Part shown: positions 8,921 to 18,123 of the stretch, one piece after another
Layout of the letters: every line of letters starts with the position of its first letter
Position numbering within the stretch: position 1 is the first letter of the stretch
From: a virus
Lineage: Duplodnaviria > Caudoviricetes
DNA length: 26,330 nt
Reading direction: 5' to 3' (one strand)
Virus record (IMG/VR): IMGVR_UViG_3300020204_001674
Coordinates: 1 to 26,330 of that record
Notes under the pieces: generated by a model
The model's input: the letters and a program-made list of their open reading frames with translations, nothing else
Told to the model about the DNA's origin: nothing
The model's database searches: none
Position numbers and translations under genes: made by a program

Positions 8921-9790
8921 TCAGAATTCCGAAACAACTTGAACTAAGTTTTTCATCTTATGTTCCATCAAGTATGAAAGGATATTTCCTTTGCGTGTTG
9001 GGGTGGAGTCTGCATACTTTTGCAGAATAGATTTCTCCAACTCCACAGGTATGTATCTAAAGTCCACCATGCAGCGATTACGATCCCAGTTTCTTTTTAC
9101 TTTGTCTGGCATATTTGCTGTACCATCAAACACATTACCCACAATAAGAATCTGCTCTTGAATAGCAGCAGACTTCTTACTGGTCAGAGGAGTCTGACGC
9201 TTGCCATCAGTAATGAAACAATCGTCATCAGACAGGACATTAGGAATGCCGTCGCTTGAGTCTCCTGCAAGAATATGGTTCACTAAGAACTCGGTTGGAT
9301 TCTTGCACACAACAAATCCCTTTGTCATGGGACTCCATTGACGAACATTCGGGTAAATTTGCAACTGCTGAAAATCTTTGTCGCTAGAAACAATAATGAC
9401 CTGTTCGTTAATAGAGTGGTGCTTGGTCAAGATGGCGATCACATCATCTGCCTCTGCTCCTGGCACTCGCATATGGCGATACGGAAACACATCGTGAATC
9501 TCTTCGCGGATTCCGTCAATCATTCCATAGATCGCCTTCCAATCAACATCAGACGACGCCTTTGCCTTGGCTCTGTTCTGTTTGTACTGAGGAAACACAG
9601 AGTTACGCCAGCACTTACCACCCTCATGGCAGAGAACAATCTCACCGGCATCACGAAACTTCTGTCTGTATGTACGATAGATGTTCAGCACCGTGTGTCG
9701 TAACAGGTCTTCTGAAAACTGGGCAGCATCACCCTTTGTAAGAGCGAACAGGCTTCCCAACAGCACTTGGTTGTTATCAATTAGAATCAT
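8921..9790 (-). CDS. rnh: RNase H / 5'-3' exonuclease (T4 rnh, FEN-like)
   Basis: 'MILID.NQV', 'WR...FP.YK.NR', 'EADDVIA', 'SSDKDF.QL' and 'GDSSDGIPN'. Confidence 0.95.
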   Translation of the reverse strand: MILIDNNQVLLGSLFALTKGDAAQFSEDLLRHTVLNIYRTYRQKFRDAGEIVLCHEGGKCWRNSVFPQYKQNRAKAKASSDVDWKAIYGMIDGIREEIHDVFPYRHMRVPGAEADDVIAILTKHHSINEQVIIVSSDKDFQQLQIYPNVRQWSPMTKGFVVCKNPTEFLVNHILAGDSSDGIPNVLSDDDCFITDGKRQTPLTSKKSAAIQEQILIVGNVFDGTANMPDKVKRNWDRNRCMVDFRYIPVELEKSILQKYADSTPTRKGNILSYLMEHKMKNLVQVVSEF

Positions 9791-10896
9791 TAGTAGGCTC
9801 CAATGAGAATACAGTTCTCATTGATTCTCCCGCTCATCTTTGCGGGTTTGGTCTTGATGGTGTTCATCACAGTTTGTACTGCACGAACACCAGTAAGTTT
9901 GCTCAACACATCCTTTGGTTTGCGGAGTTTCTTGGATACAGACTTGGCTTCATCGTAGTTGATGATGGTGGTTCCCTTTACGCTGAGTCCACGCGGATCT
10001 TTTGCAAAGAGTACAGTTAGTGTACGGTACTTCTCGTTAAACACAACCACCATTTCGCTGCCAATGATCTTCTCTGGCGATACGCTTTTGATGCTGTATT
10101 CCTTAGACTCAGCCAAGTACTTTACCTTCTTGATGATTTGGTCAGGACTCTTCTGCTTTTTCTTGCGAGGCTTACGCTCGGAACGCTTCTCGTCAGCAAA
10201 TATACGGAAAGCATTAGCCGTTTCTGAAAGCATCTGTATGAGTTTCTTGAAACGCGGCTTGGTCAGAAAGGAATATCCCTCGACCAGTTGTTCATCTTTG
10301 CCAGCATATGCTGTTGCCATCTCTTGCAGATAGGTGTTTTCAATGTATGCGGCAATTTTACCACAATGTAATGCCTTGACTCCGTGGGTAGTTGCCCACC
10401 CGGCAGGATCAAACTTCATCTCTTGCTTCTTTGAGCAAGCATCCACAACTGAATCCACGAATGCATCAATGTCACCCAAGTACTCGCGGTACTTCTGCTC
10501 GGTGCGCTCTTGGATGGACGGCAGAGCGGTGCCCTGACGCTTGGCGAGGACGGCAGCACCAGTTCGCTTTAGATCCTCAATCTCGCGTGTAATCTTCTGT
10601 GTAGTTTCATCTGGCAACGGAGCGCCGCGAGTAAGCATTCGGCACAGATATCCTATGCCAGAATAACTCTTGATGCTATTTTGTGCAATGCACTTGATTG
10701 TTTCAGCATCCATCTTGGAATGCTTGCAGTAGTCTAATACCCACCGCTTTTTGTCTCGTTTGGTTCCTTTACCCCAATACCAACTAATAGCCCGTTGAAG
10801 CGCAGAGTCTTCCTCATCTTTTGAGGCAAAAGACTCTGCGCTCCAAACAGGCTCAGAACCATATGCGCGTTCTAGTGTTTTGTTGTAATTTTTCAT
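9790..10896 (-). CDS. Hypothetical protein (368 aa) of a type found upstream of rnh in T4-like phages
   Basis: Long ORF with its own promoter and a TAATG coupling to rnh. Function not recognised. Confidence 0.7.
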   Translation of the reverse strand: MKNYNKTLERAYGSEPVWSAESFASKDEEDSALQRAISWYWGKGTKRDKKRWVLDYCKHSKMDAETIKCIAQNSIKSYSGIGYLCRMLTRGAPLPDETTQKITREIEDLKRTGAAVLAKRQGTALPSIQERTEQKYREYLGDIDAFVDSVVDACSKKQEMKFDPAGWATTHGVKALHCGKIAAYIENTYLQEMATAYAGKDEQLVEGYSFLTKPRFKKLIQMLSETANAFRIFADEKRSERKPRKKKQKSPDQIIKKVKYLAESKEYSIKSVSPEKIIGSEMVVVFNEKYRTLTVLFAKDPRGLSVKGTTIINYDEAKSVSKKLRKPKDVLSKLTGVRAVQTVMNTIKTKPAKMSGRINENCILIGAY

Positions 10897-10905
10897 CGCA
10901 CCGTA

Positions 10906-10933
10906 AGTATACGATGGATCTGATACTAGTCAA
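10906..10933 (-). promoter_or_regulatory. sigma70-like promoter
   Basis: TTGACT-N16-TATACT; the ATG lies 10 nt past the -10 box. Confidence 0.7.
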
Positions 10934-10934
10934 G

Positions 10935-12098
10935 TCACTTTACAAGTTTAGGTTCAAATGCCTCAGTCTTTGATGATGATGGCGTCAAACCTATAGTCTT
11001 AACAAGGCTACGAGAAAGGGCAAGAACGCCCGCATATGGATCTACATTGGCGCTTGGACGGCGATCTTCGATGTACAGCAGATGTGCCGCATCCGTGTTC
11101 AAAGGAACGGTAGGCACACACAGAGATGCAGTACGATCACCAAATCCCCAAGTGAACTTGTTGAAGTCGCTGATTCCGCCTGTCTTTCCAACCAGGCGTT
11201 GCTCATTGCCTGCACCATATGCTGCCATATGTTCGCGGTGATCTTCTCCAATGGTTTCGCAAATTGACTTGGCGAGTCCTGCATTTCCACTAGACTTGGT
11301 GTAGTTGTCCATGTACAGACGGAAGATACATCCGTTACCATTCCATTCTGTGCCAGGAAAACTCTTTGGTGCATAACTGATTACACACCGAGGATTATCT
11401 CGATCTTCTGCCGTATTTTCCAACAGATACCGCAAGATAATCAGATTGTCGCAAGCAGTCAGAGCATCAGTTTCTTCAGTAACAAATGACCATTGTGATA
11501 GGCAGATTGCTGCATTGTATGAATGCATACTGATTCCTCTCCACGCACATCGGTCGTAGAAAGAAGCAACCAGTTCTCTGCCTCGTTGAAAGTCGCCAGA
11601 ACCACCATAGTATCTGCCTTGAGGACCAGGGAATACAACTTGGGGTTCTCCCTTTTCATTCTTTCCTACTGGCCAGCGATACGGTTGACGAGTATCAGGA
11701 TCAATGAGTAAAGCATCCTGCTCGAATCCAATCTTCACACTCTTCAAATCGTTTGTGCTGAGAAACTTTCGCAGATCAGCACGGGCATTAGATGCATGAG
11801 GAGTTCCATCTGCGGTTTGTACTTCACACAACACAATACCCGAGTCGCGGGTCATACCTTCAAACATGAAATGTCTGATGGTACGAACGGGAACCAAGAA
11901 CAGATCAGCATTATCTGTCGATGCTTGCTTGCAAGCAGAACCATCGAATCGCTGTGTCTTGGGAGTTTCTCCAACTGAGGTGTAGTTAGCACTACGAATA
12001 GTACCATCACCAGCCAACCAAATGTAAGTCCAATCCATTACTATAACTGGCTTCTTCTCATCATTTTCCACTTTCGCATACTCACTCTTCTTTGCCAT
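10935..12098 (-). CDS. Glutamine synthetase type II (GlnII-like) homolog with a degenerate active site
   Basis: GSII landmarks 'YIWL.G...IRS', 'FDGS...QA...NADL.LVPV', 'GFEQD', 'PGPQGRYY', 'WNGNGC', 'YGAGNEQRLVG', 'F.WG..DR.AS' and 'YIEDRRPSANVDPY'. Confidence 0.85.
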   Translation of the reverse strand: MAKKSEYAKVENDEKKPVIVMDWTYIWLAGDGTIRSANYTSVGETPKTQRFDGSACKQASTDNADLFLVPVRTIRHFMFEGMTRDSGIVLCEVQTADGTPHASNARADLRKFLSTNDLKSVKIGFEQDALLIDPDTRQPYRWPVGKNEKGEPQVVFPGPQGRYYGGSGDFQRGRELVASFYDRCAWRGISMHSYNAAICLSQWSFVTEETDALTACDNLIILRYLLENTAEDRDNPRCVISYAPKSFPGTEWNGNGCIFRLYMDNYTKSSGNAGLAKSICETIGEDHREHMAAYGAGNEQRLVGKTGGISDFNKFTWGFGDRTASLCVPTVPLNTDAAHLLYIEDRRPSANVDPYAGVLALSRSLVKTIGLTPSSSKTEAFEPKLVK

Positions 12099-13731
12099 TA
12101 TGATCTCTCCTTTGGTTTGTAAAACACATAAACAGGTTCATACTTCATGTAGTCACCATCAATCTTGCAATAGTTCTTGCACATGGGAAGACCTGTTTCT
12201 TCATCAAGTCGATTTTGCCCAGGCATAGATTCCATCGCCATCTTCACCTTGTATTTATACACAAGTCCGAACTCTTCAAGGAATCTTCGTGAATCTTCTT
12301 CAAGTGGAAGATATTCCCCGCCAATTTGAATGTCTGCGATGTTCCATAACAAGTAGCGATCAGGCTTCAAGAACTCAGCACAAGTCTTCAGCGTTGGTCG
12401 CAGGAACCCATCACGCCAACTTTCATACGACGAACCATACTTCTTGTACGATTGGTTCTCGTCCTGAGAGTAGGCTTCTCTGTTGAAGTATGGAGGACTT
12501 GTGAAGATCATGTCGATCTTGCCCTTGTACTTCTTGAAGCGTGGATCTTTGCCAATCTCTTCTGAACCTAGTCTGTAGATTTCGTAGGTGTTGGTTTCGC
12601 TGAAGAACGGATTGCCTCGGTATGTCTTGGTATTGTAGAAATCTGCAACATCGGCATAACGAGGACGCTCTTCACCCGTGTCTTCGTCAATGTAGTACAG
12701 TTCAGGGTTTGGATCGGTTCCGATGTAATGAATCTTGCGATCATCGCGCACACTCATGGCGCCAAGAATACGACCTCCCCATCCCGATGAAGGATCGTAG
12801 ATCACAAGCGGAGTCTTCTGCTCCTTGGCGTGTTCCGTGAACCGCTCGTACAGATACTTGGCGGTCATGGGTGGGAAGTTGTGTGCCACTTGAATGTATC
12901 CAAGCGGAACGCAGCAAACCCCTTCGGGAACACACGCTCGCCTTTCTTGTAAATGCGAATGGTGTATACCTTATCATCGGGCATGGCACTCACATCGAAA
13001 GTGGAGAAGTGCCGGTACTGCAACACTCCTTCGTCCTTGAGTTTCTGAACCTGTTCTCGGGTGAGATTCAGAATGTCAGACTGATTCAGTTGGAAGTATC
13101 CTGTATTGTTGCCTTCACGAATCTTCACCTGTTCAAGCATGAAGTCGTAACCCTTGAAGATTTCCTTGTTGGTTTGGAATGCCTTGATCCAAGTCATTGC
13201 ATCGGGCACAGACACAAGAGCAGGTTTAGGATTGTTACGCAAGCATGAGAGGGCGTGCATATACAGCGAGTCTCTACGGAAGTGACGCATTGATCCCTTC
13301 GCCATGCGATCAAGGAACCGATCTTCAGCAAACAGTTCATAGATGGAGTATCCATCATCCTTCTCGCTGTAGTTGATGCGAGTCTTCATCATGGTTGGAA
13401 ACCATTGATCCACTTCAGAACCAAGCCTTGCCTTGTTCAGAATCACATCTTTGCCGATGTCTTCCAGTTCATCGTCAAACTCAAACGACTTCACAGGATA
13501 CTCAGCCATCTTGTTCCACTCTTCAATGATGTCTTCTTCAATCTTCCCGATGCGCGGAGGACATCCCTTGTTGTCCCAAATATCGACGACTGCCTTACGC
13601 ATATTGACAACCCACTCACGGAACTTGTCCGCGTCCATCTCTAGCAATTCTTCAAAGGTGACATTTACTGGGTGAGTAAGGAGATGAGTGTTCTTCTCAA
13701 AGAAGGTTTTGTGCGCTTGTAGAGTTTCCAT
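12098..13731 (-). pseudogene. Large phage DNA amino-methyltransferase-like gene (alpha-class motif order) split by a 1-nt frameshift near 12900 (pseudogene, sequencing error or programmed -1 shift); about 544 aa if joined
   Basis: ORF 12865..13731 reads ...FPKGFAAFRL and the -1 frame continues GYIQVAHNFPPMTAKYLYE. The downstream part has motif I 'YDPSSGWGGR' and motif IV 'FTSPPYF'. Confidence 0.75.
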
Positions 13732-14636
13732 TATGATTCCATTCTTTGCTGTACTTCAGTTTCACTAAGTCTGCGTCCAACCACCCAAAAGCAAGTACTC
13801 TTGTTCATGTCAATGTTCTCGCGCATCCACTTGTGTGCCTTTGCTTCGTACAGATCGTCAAGGATTGTACCATCTTCTATCTTTTCCACAAGAGGTTTTC
13901 CGTACACGGTATTTAGGCAATGCAACTCGTAGTCTGGCAGCGGATATCCTGTCATTGGATTTACCCACTTGTTGATGTTCTCGGTTCGCTTTGGACCAAC
14001 ACACAATCCAATCACTTTACCTACTCTGATACTGTACCGATGTATTCCTCGGAGAATGGCAGCAAAGTGAACTCCACTACCCACAGGAACAACTAATTGA
14101 TCCAACTGGTTCGGTAGGTTGCCTACCTGACTCTCAATGCCATCAATGATTGCGTCTTCTCTGTTTTCAATGTTATGGGTAAAGACTGCATCGTACAAGT
14201 TTTCAGTCTTAGCAATCTCTCGCATTCTAGCAAGCACAGGACCGTGCATACCAGTACCACACACATTTCGTACATCCGCTCCAAGTGCTTTGGCATAACG
14301 CATCATGTGATGATTGTCTACGGTATCGGGGGAACTTCCACCAATGCAAATGGTGCATGGTATGTTCAGGTCTTTGCACACTCTGGCTATGATTGTTCCT
14401 GTAGTGGAATGAACCTGCGAATGAGTGATCACTCCGCTATACTTGCTACGCAATTCCTCTTGTATGGGATACAGCAACTGGATTGCTTGTCTAACTTTAC
14501 CACCATTCACATCTCCCGCCCCATACGGGGTGTACATATCATCCCGCTTGTAGAACACGCCCCCCACATACTGCACAGGAGTGCGATTCATCACATGGGC
14601 GGGAAATCTATTTGAAACCTCGTACTCTGTTTTCAT
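13731..14636 (-). CDS. PLP-dependent fold-type-II enzyme (D-cysteine desulfhydrase/ACC deaminase-like; resembles the PLP enzymes of phage base-hypermodification clusters)
   Basis: 'TPVQ....FYKRDD......NGGKVRQ' (putative Schiff-base Lys), Gly-rich phosphate loop 'VVPVGSGV' and 'LDDLYEAKA'. Confidence 0.8.
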   Translation of the reverse strand: MKTEYEVSNRFPAHVMNRTPVQYVGGVFYKRDDMYTPYGAGDVNGGKVRQAIQLLYPIQEELRSKYSGVITHSQVHSTTGTIIARVCKDLNIPCTICIGGSSPDTVDNHHMMRYAKALGADVRNVCGTGMHGPVLARMREIAKTENLYDAVFTHNIENREDAIIDGIESQVGNLPNQLDQLVVPVGSGVHFAAILRGIHRYSIRVGKVIGLCVGPKRTENINKWVNPMTGYPLPDYELHCLNTVYGKPLVEKIEDGTILDDLYEAKAHKWMRENIDMNKSTCFWVVGRRLSETEVQQRMES

Positions 14637-15298
14637 ATAGGTAAAGATGCCTTAGAATGATTGAATGTAGGATCGTAGAACTTTTCTTCCAGTTCACATC
14701 CCCACCACTTGCGACCAGTAGTGCTGGCAGCAAGCAGAACAGGGGCAACACCCGCAAACGGATCTACAACCAAATCTCCTGGCTTGGTAAGGTTTTCAAT
14801 CACATACTTGCAGAAGTCTTGCGACCACACAGATTGATTTAGTACCTTCTCTTGCTGATCCACATAGATGTCTCGTAGCCAGTCTCCCTTGCGGTGGATC
14901 ACTCCCTCGCTTGTATACACAAGCATATGTTGGAAAGTGAAGTAGTACATATCGCGCTTGCCCACTTCGTTTCTGACCACAACTTTGTAGTCCTTCAGAT
15001 GAAGTCCCTCGTTCTCTAGGCATTGCGCGTACCACATATGATTCGACAGAATGAAACCATTCACCCTACGATCAGTCTGGCACACCACAACAAAGCCAGT
15101 AGGTTTCACAATACGAGCAAACTCCTGCATTGCCTTCTGCTGAAACAGCCGATACGAATCAGTCTCGTCTTTACCAAACGGAGTCTGAGACAGGTCTGGG
15201 CATGAGGTAAACACTAGGTCTACTGATTCGGATGGGATACTAGGCAGATAGTCAAAGGCATCACCTAGCACATATGAGTTCTCTTGAAATTTTGTCAT
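14633..15298 (-). CDS. beta-class N4C/N6A DNA methyltransferase-fold protein with non-canonical catalytic motif (TSCPD)
   Basis: 'GDAFDYL..IPSESVDLVFTSCPD', 'RIVKPTG', 'TKPGDLVVDPFAG' and 'GR.WWGCEL'. Confidence 0.75.
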   Translation of the reverse strand: MTKFQENSYVLGDAFDYLPSIPSESVDLVFTSCPDLSQTPFGKDETDSYRLFQQKAMQEFARIVKPTGFVVVCQTDRRVNGFILSNHMWYAQCLENEGLHLKDYKVVVRNEVGKRDMYYFTFQHMLVYTSEGVIHRKGDWLRDIYVDQQEKVLNQSVWSQDFCKYVIENLTKPGDLVVDPFAGVAPVLLAASTTGRKWWGCELEEKFYDPTFNHSKASLPI

Positions 15299-17019
15299 GG
15301 TGTAATCCTACTGAAGTTGTTCTTCTTCTCAAACGACATGGTGTGTTCAAACTTGTCTACCAACTGGTCTGCCTTGTGAGAGATCACAAACACATTCGCA
15401 TTGATACCAAAGGAGTGGAGAATCTTCATAAACTCTTCAGTTCCTGCGGTGTCTAGCGATGAATCGAACACCTCGTCCAAGATGAGCAGATTGGTGTTTG
15501 CGCTGTTCTTGATTCGTGCAATCTCACGCCACGCGAGAAGCAAAGCCAAATCAATACGCATCTTTTCACCCTCGCTGAAACTCATATACGAGAAGGTATC
15601 GCGGTGTCTACTCTTGATGGTTTCATTGAACTCTTCGTCAAGTGTAAAGTTGGCAAAGAAATCCATCGTGTTCAGATACTTGTTGATGGTCTTGTTGATG
15701 ATGGGTAGATAGTAGCGAATGATCTTTGCCTTGATGCCGCTATCCTTCAGTAGCGATGCTGCTACACTATAGTAGTGCATCTCTTCCACCAGGCTATTCT
15801 TGGATGACTCGTTCTTGTTCAAGTCTCCCTCGAAATCCACCAATCGCTTCTGATGATCCGTGTCTTCAGTTTCCTTGTTCTGAATGGCTTTGTTCTCTTT
15901 GCTGAGTTTACCGATGTAGGAGTTGCACGCCGTGATGGTGCTGTTCGCCTCCATCGTCTGCGTGTTCAGCGTTTCTAGTTCGGTAGATATCTCTTCATAC
16001 TCTTCAATCTGAGTTCGCTTGGTTTCAATCTCGCTAACAATGGCACCAACTGCTTCGTTCAGTTCACCCTGCTTGCTTTTCTTCTTGCACAGTAATCCGT
16101 GAATAGGTTGACTAGCCTTGTCGATGGACTGATGACAAGTGGGGCATACCTCATTGTTGTCAAAGAATGACAACTCCTCTCCTACCTTTTTGCGATTGGA
16201 CTCTAGTTGCTTATGAAAGGTTTCTAGTTTAGTGATCTGCTTTAGCAAAGCAACCTTTCCTTGTAACTTGACCTTTACTTTCTGAATCTGCTCATTCAGG
16301 ACAATCAGTTCTTCCTGCTTATCTTCAATCAACGATTCAGAGCGGGCGATCTCTTTCAGATTTCCTTGCACCTGTTCGTCAGTCTTGCTCTTTAGTCCTG
16401 CGATCAAGTCTTTCTGAGCGCGAATAGATTCGCGTAGAATTGCGATCTTGCGTTCGTTGTCTGCAATCTCTTCTTTGAGAGTAGACATCTTTGCCTTGAG
16501 AATAGTGTTCATGGTAGAGAACACATTGATGTCAAGGATATCTTCAATCACAGCACGGCGATCAGATGCCGGCAACTGCATGAATGGTACAAATGAAGAA
16601 CTGCCTAGAATCACCACCTGAGTGAATGACTTGTAGTTCATTTTCAGAACCTGCTCTTCAAGCATCTTCTGATAGTCCTTTGTGGTGGCGTGCTGATCCA
16701 TCAGGTTGCCGTTCTTCCATACCTCAAAGCGGTTTGGTTTGATACCACGAACTACGCGGTAGGAATCATTGGCGATGGTGAACTCCACTTCCACCAAGCA
16801 ATCTTTCTCATTGATGCTGTTCACCAACTGAGGAAGATTGATCTTCCTGAATGGCTTTCCGAACAATCCAAAGGTGATGGAATCGAGCAGAGCAAACGAC
16901 TTACCATGCCCATTGCTGCCTGAAACAAGCACCATCTTGGCTTTGTTCAGTTGAATCTCGGTGAAGTTATTTCCGAACGATCCAAAGTTCTTGAATCGAA
17001 CCTTCGTGAAGGTAATCAT
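15295..17019 (-). CDS. gp46: Recombination endonuclease ATPase subunit (T4 gp46, Rad50/SbcC-like)
   Basis: Walker A 'GSNGHGKS', zinc hook 'CPTC', signature 'FSEGEK', Walker B 'LILDEVFD' and 'ISH'. Confidence 0.97.
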   Translation of the reverse strand: MITFTKVRFKNFGSFGNNFTEIQLNKAKMVLVSGSNGHGKSFALLDSITFGLFGKPFRKINLPQLVNSINEKDCLVEVEFTIANDSYRVVRGIKPNRFEVWKNGNLMDQHATTKDYQKMLEEQVLKMNYKSFTQVVILGSSSFVPFMQLPASDRRAVIEDILDINVFSTMNTILKAKMSTLKEEIADNERKIAILRESIRAQKDLIAGLKSKTDEQVQGNLKEIARSESLIEDKQEELIVLNEQIQKVKVKLQGKVALLKQITKLETFHKQLESNRKKVGEELSFFDNNEVCPTCHQSIDKASQPIHGLLCKKKSKQGELNEAVGAIVSEIETKRTQIEEYEEISTELETLNTQTMEANSTITACNSYIGKLSKENKAIQNKETEDTDHQKRLVDFEGDLNKNESSKNSLVEEMHYYSVAASLLKDSGIKAKIIRYYLPIINKTINKYLNTMDFFANFTLDEEFNETIKSRHRDTFSYMSFSEGEKMRIDLALLLAWREIARIKNSANTNLLILDEVFDSSLDTAGTEEFMKILHSFGINANVFVISHKADQLVDKFEHTMSFEKKNNFSRITP

Positions 17020-18074
17020 ACAGACAGACTCTCCATGTACAGATCGCGCACGATGCGCTTCAGCATGGACTTGTCATGCACTTCTTCCATACCATCAATC
17101 TCTTTGTTGATTAGACCAAGCGTGTCTAGTGCCATATCTGCTGCGGGTTCGCCTGTACTGGTGTCCGGGTTCTGTTCGACAATGGTTACACCCAAGGCAG
17201 GGGCGGTATAGATGCCATCCAAGAACTTGTCAAACACATATGGCTTAGTCTTGGCATCCACGAACACCTTTACAAAGGTGTTTGCATACCGCGAGAAGTC
17301 TGCGTTCTCTAGCAGTTTGCTGTAGTCATGCCGCGAATCATCGTATCGAATGGCATGAAACATCTTGTGGGGGTTCTCAACGAACTCCAGTTCGCGGGTT
17401 TCAGTATCAAGCACATGGAATCCCTTGCGGTCTTCCAAGTCGCTGAAGGTGATCTGATACTGCGTACCCAAATACTGCACATTTCCCCCTCCGTGCTTGT
17501 GATGGAAGTGGCCCGACAGAACCATCTCATAGCGGGTAAGCAGATTAGCAGGCATCCCGCCTTCAAATTTTACCCCACGCATAACCTGATAGCCTTCCAG
17601 TTCAAAGTGTCCGCATATCACAGGACACTTGCTCTTCTTGATAAAGCGTAGGAAATCTTCGTGGTTGTTCTTGTTGATCCATGGCACCATCGCAACGCGC
17701 AGAGAGCCAAACTGCAACTCAATCGGCTCTTCGTAAATGATGAAGTTGGTATAGCGTTCTCCAAACAGTTCCTTTGGAGAGTTCACTAGGTTGGTGTTCT
17801 TGTAGTACACATCGTGATTGCCGAGAATGCAATGCACGGTCATGCCACGCTGTAACAGCGGCTCCATGAACCTCGTTCGCACCTGATTCAGCGTTTGGAA
17901 GTTCACGAACTTGCGGCGATCTAACAAATCACCCAAGTGCAGCACGGTGTCAATGCCGTGCTTGTCGCAGTAAGGAAAGAACACCTCATCAAAGAACTTG
18001 AAGAAGTACTCACCAAATACTGGCGAATCAGACCTGGCGCCAAAGTGCGTATCGTTGATAATGGCTAGTTTCAT
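17016..18074 (-). CDS. gp47: Recombination endonuclease nuclease subunit (T4 gp47, Mre11/SbcD-like)
   Basis: 'DTHFG', 'HLGD..DRRK', 'GNHD', 'GHFE' and 'SGHFH'. Confidence 0.97.
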   Translation of the reverse strand: MKLAIINDTHFGARSDSPVFGEYFFKFFDEVFFPYCDKHGIDTVLHLGDLLDRRKFVNFQTLNQVRTRFMEPLLQRGMTVHCILGNHDVYYKNTNLVNSPKELFGERYTNFIIYEEPIELQFGSLRVAMVPWINKNNHEDFLRFIKKSKCPVICGHFELEGYQVMRGVKFEGGMPANLLTRYEMVLSGHFHHKHGGGNVQYLGTQYQITFSDLEDRKGFHVLDTETRELEFVENPHKMFHAIRYDDSRHDYSKLLENADFSRYANTFVKVFVDAKTKPYVFDKFLDGIYTAPALGVTIVEQNPDTSTGEPAADMALDTLGLINKEIDGMEEVHDKSMLKRIVRDLYMESLSV

Positions 18075-18094
18075 AGTGAACTACTCACATCCAA

Positions 18095-18123
18095 AGTATA
18101 CACCCTGTTTTATACATCGTCAA
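18095..18123 (-). promoter_or_regulatory. sigma70-like promoter for the gp47-gp46-MTase-PLP-MTase-GS run
   Basis: TTGACG-N17-TATACT. Confidence 0.7.

Noticed and set aside
12741-12989. 82-aa minus-strand ORF across the MTase break
   Set aside because: It is in the third frame and has no motifs. The two flanking frames already join into a coherent protein.
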